DNA from: Phoronis australis
Taxonomy: Eukaryota; Animalia; Phoronida
Assembly: GCA_002633005.1 (NCBI GenBank)
Contig: NMRA01001035.1
Location: forward strand, 1-64,000
Length of the DNA: 64,000 nucleotides
Direction: 5' to 3'
Part shown: piece by piece, positions 38,361 to 52,634 of the stretch
How positions within the stretch are numbered: position 1 is the stretch's first letter
How the letters are laid out: each line of letters starts with the position of its first letter
The notes under the pieces: generated by a model
Database searches by the model: none
What the model saw: the letters and a program-made list of their open reading frames with translations, nothing else
Told to the model about the DNA's origin: nothing
Position numbers and translations under genes: made by a program

Positions 38361-39440
38361 TATATAACAAGGCTTGGCAGTGGTTATTAACAAAACTGCA
38401 TCTGAAGAGCATAATCATTTTGAATTTGTTTGTTATACCCACACAACCTAACTAGCTATTTCTTTTTTGTCTTTTCAGGACTTTTAATAATATTAGATCA
38501 GCTTTGTTGAAATGGTTTGCATAATTTCCAATTGGTGGTAATATTTTCGTTTAACACAGTTCAAATAATTGTTCTCTTGTAGAATTTGTTTGTGTGACAC
38601 ACGCAAGTTTTATTTTAGTTTTTGTTTTCAATACACAAGATTGGATTATCCCAAAAATGATTCTAGCACTCCTGTATGTGGCTAATGCTTTACAACAAAC
38701 AAGTTATGATGTTTCCCGTTTTGTGGCCGGTGACTAGTCAGTTGGTTAGAACCATGGAAGGAATTTCTGATAGTTCAGGGAAGAGTTTTTATGTATTTTT
38801 TTATATTTGACCTCAATATCAAGAACCCTGTCCACAATATTACTATTACACAGTAAATTAATTGACATTACACTCAATTATTTAACTAATTAGTTTATAA
38901 ATTAGTTATAAATTGTAAATGAAGGGTTTCACTAAAACAATCGTGTATTTTTGTTTTTAGAATTCATGTATACAAAATTATAACTATTTATAAAGTATAG
39001 TAATTATCTTTTTGCTTCTTCTTTACAGTTCTATGGTCTGATTAATGCCAAGACCAAATCAATGACACCCATAAGCAATGTCATTTAAGCTATTTTATAC
39101 CACCAATTTTAGGAACTTTTTTGTGTTTTTGCATTGATGGCCCATAATCGGTGCGAAAAGATTATATGACGTTTATTTTTCAATAGTTCTCTCATGTATT
39201 GTTATAGTGGTTTAAATACTTTTACGGTCTACTGTTAATACTGAATAACTTGTAACAAAAGGAGGCAGTGTCCAAAAGTTAAATCCTGTGCCAATAGCGG
39301 ATTTGCAGCGCAAACGAACTACGCACTGCGCATGTGCGAGATACTTCCTGCGCAAAGGCTCATGGGATAGCTTGAGGTCAGGCATGTCAGCTGCTGGATA
39401 GTTTGAGTATACATTTGGTGTGATTTTCCAACGAAAAACC

Positions 39441-39588
39441 ATGAGTTCATCTATACCTGGAGTTCATCTATACCTGGAGCTCACATTTCGGAGCCTTTTG
39501 AAGTGTGTACGGTTCCTGTGCATAAGAGGTGGCTTCAATGTCGGGGTGCGTCCGTCTCTGGTTTAAAGCAAGCAGCTTTGATTGAAAG
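39441..39588 (+). pseudogene. SAP-domain first exon of a transposon accessory gene, frameshifted by a 17-bp tandem duplication
   Basis: Removing the duplicate gagttcatctatacctg gives MSSSIPGAHISEPFEVCTVPVHKRWLQCRGASVSGLKQAALIER|gttagt. Confidence 0.6.
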
Positions 39589-40745
39589 GTTAGTCATACA
39601 TAGTACTTCAATGCTGACGACAACGGCACCAGTTAAGAACTGTGTGTAAATTATTTTTCAACTAATTTCCCATGAAGGTTCGTGAGATTTAACAGTTTTA
39701 ATCAGATTTCAGCCAGGTAGATGTTTCTTATTGACTGATAAAACTGGTCACACTTCCCGATGGATTTAGTCTCATTTGCAGCACAGACAACACGCCAACA
39801 TGGCGACTTGCTGAACTGAAAGCCGTGTTCAACTTGGATATCGGTGAAGACTTAACATTGATAAATTTATGACGGAAACTGCTATAAAAGCAACTTTGCA
39901 CCAATTTGCACGTTTTTGTGCGAACATTTAAGGAATTTTTTGATTATTTTGTTGTGAATCTCCCTTGCAGTTGACCTTACATAGTTGCTTAACTTGGTGA
40001 AGGTTGAAAGGTTAAGACACTCTTGCACCGCTGATGTTTAACACACATGCTGGCACCCGAATTGAGGTCATGAGAATTCATGAACTTACTTAACCACTGA
40101 ATTAGCCAATCAATGATGGATATTAAGTGGCGGCAGAGGAGTCACAGATATTTATAACAAATAATGCTCTGGACATTATGTTTCTGCACAAACCATGGCT
40201 CAGCCTCCTACAATACCAATCGGTTCGTGTGTCAGGCTTTCCACTTACTGATTCATGCGTGTGATGTCAATGGTACAGAAGGGTCTTGGTCAACATCCAC
40301 CATTCTGCCATTAGCTATAGACTTTGGTTATATAACTTGATGTACACATTTGAGATAGTGTGGGTTTGGTTTGGGTAAATTGGCCCATAGGCATGTTTTT
40401 CTGAAATGATCTCTGGGCATGGCAAGGTTTTCCTATGCAGGTGCTCAGGGGCGTAGCAAGGACTTTCAACACTTAGGACAATAAATTCCAAGACAAAGAT
40501 GAGAGTGCTTGAATAGCCATTATATCTTAAAATTGATATGTGGTATGCTCTGTTGAATTCCTGGTATCTTATCAATATGACTGTAATATTTGGTGTTGTT
40601 TAACAGGTGCTACCATTATTTCAATGATAAAGACAGATGTAATAATATCATCGACCCAGATGACCGTCATAAAGCATGACTTCAAAGCAGAGCCCCCTAG
40701 AGCTGATCTACAGTTGATAATAGTGGGTGGACATCATCATTACTT

Positions 40746-41330
40746 GTGCTGCCACCGACGTTCACCCATGGGACAGTTTATCGCCATTTGGGCGATAAAA
40801 CAGAAAAACACCGCCAAGCTGAATACACAATGCAGCGGTGTGGTGAAGTGGAAAAACTGCTATTGAAGGAGGTGGAAATCACGCAATTCAAAGCTGTTGT
40901 TGGAGCCAGCTATGCCTCCAAAAAGTATAATGTTGTGGGTGAAGTGACTGATGGTGGGCTAATTGATGCCACGTGTAAATGTGTTGCGGGCATAAATGGA
41001 AAGTGCAAGCATGTCGGAGCAGTGCTGTACCGCCTGCTAGATAACATGGACAGTGGGGCGTCAACGATACCGGAAGATATTGCCTGCACAAGAGCGTGGG
41101 GGCTGAAAAAAAGTGCAGTCAAAGTGTCGGAAAAATTTTCTGACTTAATATTCGTTAAGTATGCGGAGAGCAAAGATTCCGGAAAAACAATTGAAAACAT
41201 CTCAAAGCGAAAGGAGTACAATTGTTTGGGGCTAAACAAGCAGACTGTGCCCAAGTCATGACTGCAGCAGTTGGGGGAGAATTTAGAGGGTTTCCAGCCT
41301 ATGTGGTCAAGGATTATTAAACAGGTTTGC
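40746..41330 (+). mobile_element. SWIM zinc-finger ORF remnant (ISL2EU/Harbinger-related accessory protein)
   Basis: ATCKCVAGINGKCKHVGAVLY...ACTRAWG fits the SWIM CxC...CxH motif followed by the CT..W block. Confidence 0.7.
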
Positions 41331-43289
41331 CAGAACTATTGACTATTGACAAAATTTGATCAATTATTCAAAAACTGGTGTTGTACCTTCTATCTTACAC
41401 ACTAAAGATGAATACACGCAATTTCAGCTAAAAATTCTGTTCATACTGTTAAACTTGTGTCTAACGTAAGGTCTGGTGCACTTCTTTTGTTATGCATTTA
41501 AGATGAAGATGCCTGATTTTGACTGGAAATATATTTCGGCAATTTTTTGTCTTTATTTGAGCTTCACGCATCTTATTTCCTGTCAGCAAGTGAAAAAGTT
41601 GCATAAACATGCATTTAATGCTAGAATAGATGCAAGTGAACTCTTTGCACTGATTTATCTGGCAGAATATTTCAGTGGTTTTCATTCAGTTTTGTATGCA
41701 AACGTGACACTGGTGTTTTTGAAATTTTCATTTTTGTTTATTAAAGGAGGCGCTTTTTGATATCTTCTAAGAACTGCATCTTGTATTAGACTGTGGGCAT
41801 CAAATTCAACTTAAATGTCTTAATTTCAGGTCAGAGACAGTTCTCAAACCATTTAGTAAGGGGTGATGTCATCCAATTTGATGACGAGAGTGGCAATGGG
41901 TGGCTGGTGGACCCTTCCTTGAAGAAGTAACAATTAAACGGGATGATGACACAGTAAAATGATACTGCGAGCAATAGGATTTCTCCAGGTTTGTTCTACA
42001 ATACTTCTTGCTGGGATTATTTTTGTGATTACTTGCCGAACGAAATAAAACATTTTATGACTAAGAGCAGATCTTTGTTTAAGGTCTGGGCAAAAATGTA
42101 TTTTGAAGTATATTTATTTAAAATATAACTGTTACTTGCACGCTCAAAAAGGTCATATTGATGCTATTTTTATCTTTGACATCGCAGTCAGGAATAAAAA
42201 GTTCTCAAACTCCAAGGAAGTTTGTCATACGAACTGCAGTTACGTCAGCGGAACAAGTAGTGGAAGCGGGTAGTATCTGAATGCAGAACTGCGGTGTTCA
42301 TTACCGTAAAAGTTGAAATGCATTTATTGGAATGCTGTCAATTGGACCTGAGTGTCACTAGCGTGCAGATAATATAGTTAATTTTATATACTGTTTTGCT
42401 TGAGCATTTAGGTTTCTTAGTGAGCAATGTTGTTTCTAATCTGTGAATGACACATGTGTCTTCAAAGACCTGTAAGACAGTTCACAGCAGAGGCAAGACC
42501 GTATAATTTTCTTAGTTTTATCGTTTTAGGCTTTTTCAGTTAGTGTTGATGAACCAAGCTTATCACAAAAGAAAAAGACAATGAATGACAGAAATAGCAT
42601 ATTAAGTTATTGGAGAATGTTCTTGATTACTGACACAACACTCAATGTATAACATACGCATCACCATTCCACCAGATAAACAAACGCAGATAAACCAAAT
42701 TATCCCCCTTGACCGAAAGTCACCCAAACAGGCAGGCCACAGTGGATTTTTAATAATCCATGTTTTGCAGTATAACCTTGTTTCAACTGCTCAGGAGACT
42801 CAAACAGATGGCACATCTCAAGTGAATGAATCTGTGTCCTTTTTCATGAATGGAAAACTCTCTAGATGTATATACAAGGTATGTCCCGAACACATAATTT
42901 CTCAAAATGATGAGTGCCATTCTTTCATATTCATAAATGGGCCAGTTGTCAACTGGCAGTCACCCATATTCACCTTGTTCTTTGATTTGTTTATGTTTAT
43001 TTCCCTCGCTGATGAAAATTACTTGCGGGATTGAAATCACTGTCAAATCCCTCTGACCCATTTCTACTGTCACAAGTTGAGTTCCAAGATAAAACGCAGA
43101 TCTAGTAGTGGGTGGTCTGCCCACTGCATATCAGCCGTAGGCTTATGTAAAGTGAGATTTTCAAGCCTGTGTAAAGTTGGTACTTTTCAGTGGCAGATGT
43201 CAAAGAGTGACCAGTGGGGGTGACCTTGGGGGGTAATCGGGGTTTTGTATATTGGGTGGGGTCTTTTAATGAAAGAACGGAATCGTTCC

Positions 43290-45770
43290 TCTATGCGACG
43301 GCAGTCTGAAAAGACAAAAGAACAGTTACATAGAGCAAGAGAATTGAGCAGAATCAGTTTAGTTGATACTCTTCAATTTAGTCCATTCATGAAGTTCATG
43401 TTTTTCTAAGATATTCCCAAAAGTCCAAGAAAGCTTTGATTTTTACCCGACTTAATCTTTTTCAGATCACAGAAATACCAAAATAATCTTAGGCACCGAG
43501 AAATCACTCAGTCAAAGCCTAGATGTGTTATCAAGAAATCTCAAGAAAGCCAGCGGTAGTACTGGAATTTAAAAAAGAGAATCAAGAATCAAATGAATGT
43601 AAGTGTCCAGAAGATGAGAAGAACAAAAGAATAAGACCGAAGACGTAATGTCAGTCCAGAAGTACAAGCAAAGGAGATGCCTGGTAGCAGCTCATCGCAC
43701 AGCCCATATAAAACTAAAGTTGCTTTATGAAAGGCTGTGAGCAGGATAAACAGTGCAGCTCCTAAGTCACCTGCCAAGTTTGCTACAGCTGCAGCAAAAG
43801 TCATTACGTCAGCATCACCTACAAAGTACTTAGAAAGAAAAGGTATTAAAGATCCTGAAGAAACTATATTGCACCACAACACCATAGCAAATGTAAAATC
43901 TATGCTGAATAACCTTTTGGAGAAAGGTAAAAAGAAAGATCATACCATTCGAACAGCTGTTGTAAGGAGTATATCAAGCAGATATGAGAGTCTTTGTGAA
44001 GTTGGAAGAATGCTAGGGATCAGGAAGTAATACCTTATAAAATACTCAGTACTATCAGAGGAAGAAGACAACGAGGTCAGATGCCATTCCCGAATCAATC
44101 AAAAAATCAGTCAATGACTTTCGTCATACACCCCGAGGTATCTGTAATCCTGCAAGATTCAAAGAAAGTCACCAAACAAGGAAGTCAGTACGTGTTAGAT
44201 AAAACGGTTGAAGAAACATGTGAAAAGTCCTGCTAAGATTAATGCTATCAAATCAATGCAACTAGCAGAAATGTATCACGGATATGTAATGAATTGCAAG
44301 AAACTTTGTAGATTATTGGATTTTTTATTTGACATTTATTTTGTTATATTAGATGAGCACATCCATGTTACTGGGTAACACAGGAGTCCATTGTACTTTT
44401 GTCACATTTTCTTTGCTTGAGCAATACAATGAGTGATAAATCCGATTTGTAGTTGTTAGTTACGTACATACGTTATGAAATACAAAGTGTAAATTCAACA
44501 GTTGTTGTTATTTTTGTGTTTATGAGCACAAAATCAGCCCATTTTGAAGAAAAATGGTGGCAATTTTTGGGACATCGGACACTGCTACTCAAACTTTTTA
44601 ATGAAAAACGGGCATTATCATATCGAAAGTTAATATTAATAAGTATAAGCTTCAATGATCAGAAAGAAACATCGTTTTTCATTGATAATACTACAGTGGG
44701 GCAGTTTTTGGATGTTTCAAATTTGTCATTTTGTTCATTACATTTGGTTTCCGCCGACAGCCGGAATTTGCTTAGATTCGTTACAAAAGTATGGTGATGA
44801 GTCACTTGATTGAAGAATTCTAAAAGAATGTTTGAAAGATGGTTAATGTGTCACAAATGCTTTTAGAAACGAAGCATGTAATCAATTTTATCTCACAGGC
44901 CAAATTAATGAGCTCACTTGAACTCGTTTCCGGTTGTAACAAACATAGTACACGGCGTTGTTTATAAATCGCGTAAGCTTGCACTGGGCAAAATGAACTA
45001 TGAGACTCAGACTTAGTTTGCACATGACCCCGATTCATAGAAATTGACAAATTAAGTGCCATCATTTCCGTTTACGCGGGAGTAACGCAACGTCATTTTT
45101 TTGTCAACTTTGTCGCATTGAACAAACGTGAGGTGCCTGTCACCAAACTCATCATGTTTTCTGATGCTGCACCAGGCCAATACAAAAATAAAATAGCATT
45201 CACAGATTTATCTCACATAGAAGAAGCTTTTGGGATTCCAGAAGCCGAACGACACTAGTTTGGAACACGCCATGGCAAGGGACCTTGTGATAGAAAATTT
45301 GGAATCCTCAAGTTTGCCGTGTCGAGGGCAATAAGGAATCGTAGGGCGGAAATTGATTCCCCTTAGCAGTTCTTTGATTTCTGTAAAAGAAATTACTCAA
45401 GCCTGTAGCTGGTGAACACTGCCACTACAAACGAGAGTTTGTATATGTTCAACAAAATGATGTTGATCGCCAAAGACAACGGGCATCAAATGTCAGGGCT
45501 GTGAAGGAAACTCAAAACCAGCTTTGCATATGCACGACAGTTCCATATGTGGTTTCTTTTAGAGAGTTGAGCTGTTTTTGCGAGCCATGACTGGGTTTGG
45601 GAATGGGCACGTGCTCAAACCTCGATGTCACAGGGAACTGGAAAACAGTGTCACTGCTGAAGAGACAAAGAAATGCTCGGCAAAATGTTCCAGAAGAGCC
45701 ACAAGATGATGAATGGGTCCCTTCCTCCTCCCCAGAAGCCAATGTGGATGAAATGGACCAGGCAATTTTA
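43290..45770 (+). mobile_element. Degenerate Sola2-like transposase with a non-coding insertion at about 44390-45110
   Basis: SPYKTK..KAVSRINSAAPKSPAK; MFSDAAPGQYKNK; FGTRHGKGPCD; RELSCFC. Contains multiple stops. Confidence 0.65.
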
Positions 45771-46059
45771 TTTTTAAGGCAGAAACACTTTGCTAAAAAG
45801 TTTGTTCTCTTAAAACAGTTTATTTAAGTCTTTGAATCTTTCTAGTGCCTAGCAGATAAATATCTAGACTGTCTGGCATTTTGTAGGACACTTTACCACT
45901 ATCACCAACCATTTCCGTGGTGGATCACCACATTAGATAGGTGTATGGGATTGGCTTCAAGTTACAGAAAAAGTTTAAAAGAGCTACCTGTCTCTCACAT
46001 TTGGTGGGAAGACAAAAAAGAAAGACGCCTTGCCAGTCAGAACAAAAGAAATCATTGCT

Positions 46060-46470
46060 CGTTGGTCGTGCCATACCATCTGAGAAGGAAGTGAAGGCGA
46101 AGAGGAGAGGACACTATGAATGTCAAGTAGAAGTATTAAGAAAGTTCAGTGCAGTGTCATGGTTTGATAACAAGCCGATCACTCTGGTCTCCTCGTTTGC
46201 TGGTGCACAACCTGAGGATACAGTGGGATCGGCATTCCAAGTCGTTTGTGAACATAAAACGACCATTCCTAGTTGGCGAGTACAACAAATATATGGTAGG
46301 AGTGGATCTGTTGGATGGGCTGATATCGAAATACAAGTACATGATAAGATGTTGACGGCGGTACTTGTATTTGTTTTGGCAAACTGTCAAAATTTCACTT
46401 GCCAATGCTTGGTTGGTATACCAAAGACACTTTAAGCTCCTTGGCCTACCAGAAAAGGAAATGATGAAAC
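46060..46470 (+). mobile_element. piggyBac (PGBD-like) transposase fragment
   Basis: WFDNKPITLVSSF..., RPFLVGEYNKYMVGVDLLD, NAWLVY; frameshifted. Confidence 0.8.
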
Positions 46471-47529
46471 TCTATACTAGAATAGCTTGGTAAGGACGGC
46501 ACACAACAAAGACGTGCCATGTTGCTGTAGTAATGTCCACCCTTCCACAACAAGGGGTGAGGGATGCTGGTTCGCCATACCCTCAGATATCGTATACGGC
46601 TAAGGCCCGCAAGCCACCTGGCCGGCCTTTAAGGGTCGACGAACATCTAGGGCTTCACAGTCCACATCCAAAGCCAAATCAGGACCAGTCCTTGATTTGG
46701 TCACTTGTCGGCATCCTTGGCCCCCTCACAGTTTTTTCAATACCCAACTGAGGTACTCAGATTTGTAGTGTGACGGACATGTTGGATGAATGGAAAATTG
46801 CTTGGTCATGAAACGAATCTTTTTTTCTCATGACCAGTTCTTTTTCTGAAATTGTTTTGAAAGGCCCCAAGTACAAGTTAGATTAAAAATTTTACATTTG
46901 GGGATATTAATTGTTATTTGTGGTCTAAATACAAAGATTTTGCTTGATTTGTGTTGCAGGAATTCAGGTCACGTGACATGATTATGACAATGTGATTGGT
47001 TTATTTGCCAAATAAATAAACAGTGGCTGCCAAACAAAGAACATCCGACTAACTAATGTAAACAGTGCACCTTGCTGGATGAGCTAAACTTTTGTGAACA
47101 TTTTTGAAATCCTGTTATATCTAACTTGTAATGATAAATTTCAACATGAAAGTTTGTTCTTTATTTTCAACATATATTTATGGTAAAAGTGGTTTCTTAA
47201 CATGGAGTAAACACAATTTCACCACAGGAAACTTAGATGGAAACAAACTTCCTTGACAAGTGATAGTAGATGTCATTTTTGCAAAACACTTCATCAAAAT
47301 TGTTTTCAGTGCTGAAACAAAGTGCATTAATGTTACCAAATTTTTAGTTCGTTTTAATACGCAACCAGTGGAGTACAATTACCTTTTGCATTCCAAAAAG
47401 GACTTCCTTTTGGTATAAATATTCAGAATCACACATTTCGACATTTTTTTCTTTTCAGACTCCACATACTGTTTCATTTATGTGGCAAGTATTTTCACCA
47501 TCAAACGATTTTCAGCGAATTTCTGCAGA

Positions 47530-48150
47530 ACTCTGCTCTTGCCTGTGGAGTGCTCCAGAAAGCTGTGGCTGTTGATTTCTCAACTGAAGTGGCAAAAACA
47601 TAGCTTCAAGTTCTGGGCTTACTTGGAAAGCTGGTTACTGGGCCCTGGATGACACGTTTTTACCAGCCCAGCACTGATGTCAACCACCTGGAAGCCTTCA
47701 TGTGTCATAGATGACTGTCAAGTCGTCCTTGAGTGTCCGTCTAAGACCTTATCGACATCTTTCGACTTCTTTGGAGAGGAACTGGACAAAGACGAGACCC
47801 TTGTATCATAGCAGGTGACCTCGTACAACATAGGGCTGTTTGACAAGGTCATGACGACCTGTCTAGAGACCATAATTGAAGTTCTTGAAAGGCAATACAT
47901 CTGGTACTTTCAGATTGAGACTACAGAGGAGCTAAAGAAAGCAACTCAGCAAAACTCCATAATATGGATAGCGTAAGGAGGAGGTAATGGGCATTTTCAG
48001 TGCTATCCAAGCCAAGGAATCGAGTGCGACTCTGGATTACCTGTCATGCAAGATACGTGCCACAAAGAAGAAAACCGTACAAAGGCTCAACAGAACACCC
48101 AAAGTGGAGAGAGATCGAATCATCTGACCAGCCAGGTCCAAATTCGAGAG
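47530..48150 (+). mobile_element. C-terminal remnant of a hAT-like transposase
   Basis: LHNMDSV...MGIFSAIQAKESSATLDYLSCKIRATK parallels the PKHNEYSESMFG region at 37730. Confidence 0.4.
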
Positions 48151-48901
48151 TTGACTGTGTTACGGTATAAAATAATTTTTTTGGTCACTTACCAAATGCC
48201 AACTGAATATTATATGCAAAGAGTTATTTATTTGTGTAAAATAAAAAAAGAATCATCAAAGTTAGACTATGTTTTAGAAATTTATGCATGTTTTTGTCTA
48301 TAAATTTCATGCATTTTTAGCGTTAGGAGTGGCCATTCTAAAAATTACAATTTTCAATTGTCAGCAGTAGAAAAGAAATATATTTTAATAAGTATGCAAT
48401 TGCTTTGATATGACACAAAGCTCGATACGCATTTTTGTTATAAAAAGCGTACATGTATTTACAATAAACATGATACTATGGTTATTCAAGTACATTTAGG
48501 TAATTAGTTGATTACTAATTAATACTTGTTTTCTGCATAAACAAAAAGGTACGTATTGTTACTCTTAATTAAGATCCCGTCACTCTAGAATCCTATTAGT
48601 GTTACCTCTAGAGAAAGAATTGCGTGAAATCTTCTCAAAATTAATTAACTTAATTACAATCACTTAATCATTCCAGTTGAGAATTGTTTTGGTGTTTATC
48701 AAAACAGATTCTAAATATTACTATCTTTCAAACAAGAAAAGTTTCATTTGAATTGGTTGAGAACTGGCGAAGTTATGATAAGGTTGTAAAAAATTACTAA
48801 CATAATGCGGCTTGCTCTAGGCTAAAACAATGGGACAATTAGTAGCTTCAAAAGCGATTGCTACAATGCAAAATCTCTAGAAGTACTTCAGGTACAAGGA
48901 A

Positions 48902-49830
48902 TTGTTTGCAATTCGTAAAGTTGACTTTGTAGCTGCTGGAAGAGATATTGCGTCGCAACAGCGTAAAGATCCCCATGTATCATTGTTATTGACCTGGTTG
49001 GAGCAGGGGGTCTCTCCTGATGACGGGGAATTATTTCTAGCTAGCAAGGAATCGAAGACTTTGTGGGTTAATCGTGATCGGTCCTTGCTTAAGGATGTTT
49101 ATGTTCTCTCTAAGCAAAAAGAGGATGATAAACTGCTTTGCTTTATTCCCTCTTCATTACGACGAGAGATACTTGCTATTAGTCATGATATTCCATGCTC
49201 AGGTCATCAAAATGTAGCTCGTACTACTAAGAATATGAAAGCTAAGTATTATTGGCCAGGAATGACTTCGGAGATTAAGCAGTACGTTGGTTCTTGTGAC
49301 AGGTGTGGTCTGATTAAGAAACCCAATAGATATCCTAAGAAGCCCTTAGATATATATCAGGCATCTTTACCAATGGATCGGGTGCATCTAGAGTTTTTAG
49401 GTCCATTGCTGGTGACTCCCCGTGGGAAGGAGCATATATTAGTCATGGTTGATCAGTTCACAAAGTGGGTGGAGTGTATACCTGTTGAGTCTGAGACAGC
49501 GGAGGTTACCGCTCAGGCTGTAGTGGAGCATTTCTTCTCCCGTTTTCAATTTCCGCTTCAGATCTTTACAGATAGGTGATCTAACTTTGAAAGCGAACAG
49601 TTTACTCAACTATGTATTTTAACAAGAGTGCATAAATCTAGTACGACTGCTTATTGACCTAGTGTTAATGGACAATGCGAGCGGTTTAATCGCACTTTAA
49701 TAGATGCAGTGCGATGCTACATGGATAAGAAGCAGTCAGATTGGGACCTCTTCATTCTACAGACAGCATGCGCCCTACGATGATGTGTTAATCTGAATAC
49801 TGGTTTTAGTCACAATTATCTAGTACTGAC
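48902..49830 (+). mobile_element. Gypsy integrase fragment (HHCC zinc finger plus catalytic core), with stops
   Basis: HDIPCSGH...YYWPGM...CDRC; VDQFTKW; IFTDR*SNFES; NGQCERFNRTL. Confidence 0.88.
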
Positions 49831-52434
49831 TTGTATTTAGTAAAATATTCACTTTACCTCAATATTTAGGATTTGTCAAAATACATTCCATTTTATGAAT
49901 ACGCATGTGTAAGAAGTGGAAATTTGGTGTCCATTATCAAAAGATTTAATCGAGCCCTTGTCTCTTAGCTGACACCAATTTCTCATCTAATTCACCTGTA
50001 GTCACTTCTGATTGGTCACATTGCTCTATCTGTATAACCAAAGATACATAATTTTCCAAATATGCATTGGAACCCCATTACAATGGGGCCTAATTTAACT
50101 AACATGGCTAAAGTTTTAACACCGTTAAGGTACCTAATACCTGAATCATTCAACCTCAAGAATAAGACTGGGGAAAACATGTGGGGATTTAAAATACAGC
50201 ATTCTATTGGGAGATCTGTTATGCCTACTTTCCATAAAATTCTATTGCAGGTCTATGCAGAAATTGTAAGCGTTAACCAAAGAAGTTAGCCACTGTTGTT
50301 CAGCTTACTACAGAAAGAGTACAAGAAAGTAGTTAGTTAATGAATTGGAGTGTTGTTACACAAAACCTTTTTCTGAGATTCTTGGTTCCCGGATTAAGTG
50401 AATCAACATTTAATGATCGCAAAACAGTAGTTGTTGTAGATTTGTAGATTTTTATTTCAGTTGTATTGTGGCTGCTTATGAACCTCGTAGACAAATAAAA
50501 ATGCCGTGCATTCAGCGAATTTTGCGTCTCTGAAGTTTTACTGCACAAGTTGTCCATAATTACAGGAGTATGTAACTACAAGGTTTGCAAATTGCCTCAA
50601 ATATAAACAGGGCTGGTGGGCTTGTAAACATTACTGATGGACTGTAACACTGTCCTTGTATTTGCAGACAAAACACTTAGCATGTATGCTGTATTTACTG
50701 TCTTGTCAACCATGTCTCTCAGACAAAGTGGATTTGACTCCATGCACAGCAATTTTTGGGTGCACAAGTTATGTTTTGCGAGTTTGGGCCAGAGCTTGCG
50801 AGTCAATGGATAGCATTAAGAGACCTTGAACTATGTTTATTTGAGGAGCTATGTTCATAAGTGCACAATCTGTTTAGTTCTGCACCAGTTATTTCACCAC
50901 AACTGTCAACATTTGAAAATTCCTCTGAGAGGGAAGACTGCTTGTAATGAAAGCTTAGGTACTCCAAATAGGTCATAACAGGATTTTTATAGTTGCTCCG
51001 GGTTGTTTTAGTGACCACGGAGGCAAATTTTGAAAGGTGCATTAGGTAAAAATATTGAAGATGCAATTGTATTCCTTTTAGCCTGAAAAGCATGTACTAA
51101 AGCAAAAATTTTCTCAGTCAGCATCGTGGCATGAAGAGTGTTGGATCTTGTCTTAACTTTATGGCATTTCGAAGCCGTGGCAATGCTATATATCAAAGTT
51201 CATGGTTTTCCAGGTTTTAGTAGTGAATTTACATTTTGCTTAATTGATGACACCTTTTGTTTTGAGTGCTGCTTACACACAATGAGGGTTGCATGCATAT
51301 GTGAGTGGCCATCTTTCCAAGCTATTTTGAATGGTGAAAATAAATACTTTGGGGAAAGGCTATTGATGGAAAATATAATTCTTGTGTTTACGGATTAATT
51401 TGCATATAATTGTAATATTTACAGGCAAATTTTTCAAGTGGAAACGAGGGGGACCAACCATCATTCTGGCTGCCCACGCCTTTGCCAAAGATCCATAAGT
51501 CGAATCAGTTTCTCACTGCTGCACCTGATGGAAGAGTCAACCCTGTTAGGACCCAGCTTCTAACTGACATCGATGAATTTGCCAAAAGGTCCTAGCGATA
51601 TTACAAGCAAAAAGCCAGCAGAGCATTATCTGTAACCCATGAATGTATTGCTCCTGGTCATAGTGATGTTCTGAAGAACGTCTCTCACCTCAGCAGATTA
51701 AATACTTTCCTGTTTAGCAGCACTCAATCATTCTGGGAAACTTGCACAGTTTGATGCCTTTGGAATGAAAAGAATCGCTGAGGAAGACCGTCGATTTGAA
51801 CTGTGACAAAAGATTGTTGAGTCAATGGAATTGCCGCAGTAGCACATTTTTCATGTATGCAAGACTCAAAGACATTTGAAATACAGTATGTCAAAAGTAG
51901 TCAGACAAAATGCTATTTCCATTTTGTGACGTGTCATCTGTGCTGACTAAAGGTGTCTCATTGTACACTTAATTTGCTCGCATTTTGTAAATGTGACATT
52001 TGTTCTTTTCTATTTACTTGATTTGAAGCGTGTAATTAGCCTATATCAGCGTCAATATAGTATTACTATTCTCTAAACCACTTTGGTTTTTGTTTAATGT
52101 TTGGCTATCTTATCGTTTTGCTACATAAGTACAGTATAACCTGCTCTGCTGTATCTCTATGTCTAACATAATACACAATAATTTAAATCAGGACAGTTTT
52201 TAAATATTGCCCAACTTTGTTCCAAAATTTCTTTGCAGCATTACCCAAGTTCACCTTAATGCAGTCGTTAATGTTAACTTAGTGTATTTTATTTTCGTTT
52301 TGCTGCGCATGCATTGTCTTATGATTTTTCAATGAAGTAGCTGACACTACATGTATCAGTCTCGAGATTTCTGAATTTTTGGAGTCTGACTGATGGTAAG
52401 CACCAAACACCATTGCATACCCATACTAAACCTC

Positions 52435-52634
52435 GGGCGGATCCAGGATTTTGAGTTGGGGGCAGGGCACAGAATTTCGCCACATCCGCGCGCCCACCCT
52501 AAAATGTAGGGATGCAGGGTTCTCGAATTTTTGGGTTTGAGGACCTTATTACTAAAAAAATCCGGTAAACAGGGTTTGTTGAAGGCCAATGCATTGTACA
52601 TTCGCCCCTGGAGCCCCCTGGGTGCGCGCATATG
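52435..52634. mobile_element. hAT-type MITE related to 6660-6911 and 7056-7205
   Basis: gggcggatccaggatttt...cccctgggtgcgcgcat. Confidence 0.55.

Noticed and set aside
42645-43050. Possible second SWIM-gene N-terminal remnant on the minus strand
   Set aside because: Only a vague WP..Y...NY..YT resemblance; no zinc finger is present.
50500-51850. Coding-like fragments, possibly from a Mutator-like element
   Set aside because: Heavily interrupted, with no diagnostic motif I can name confidently.
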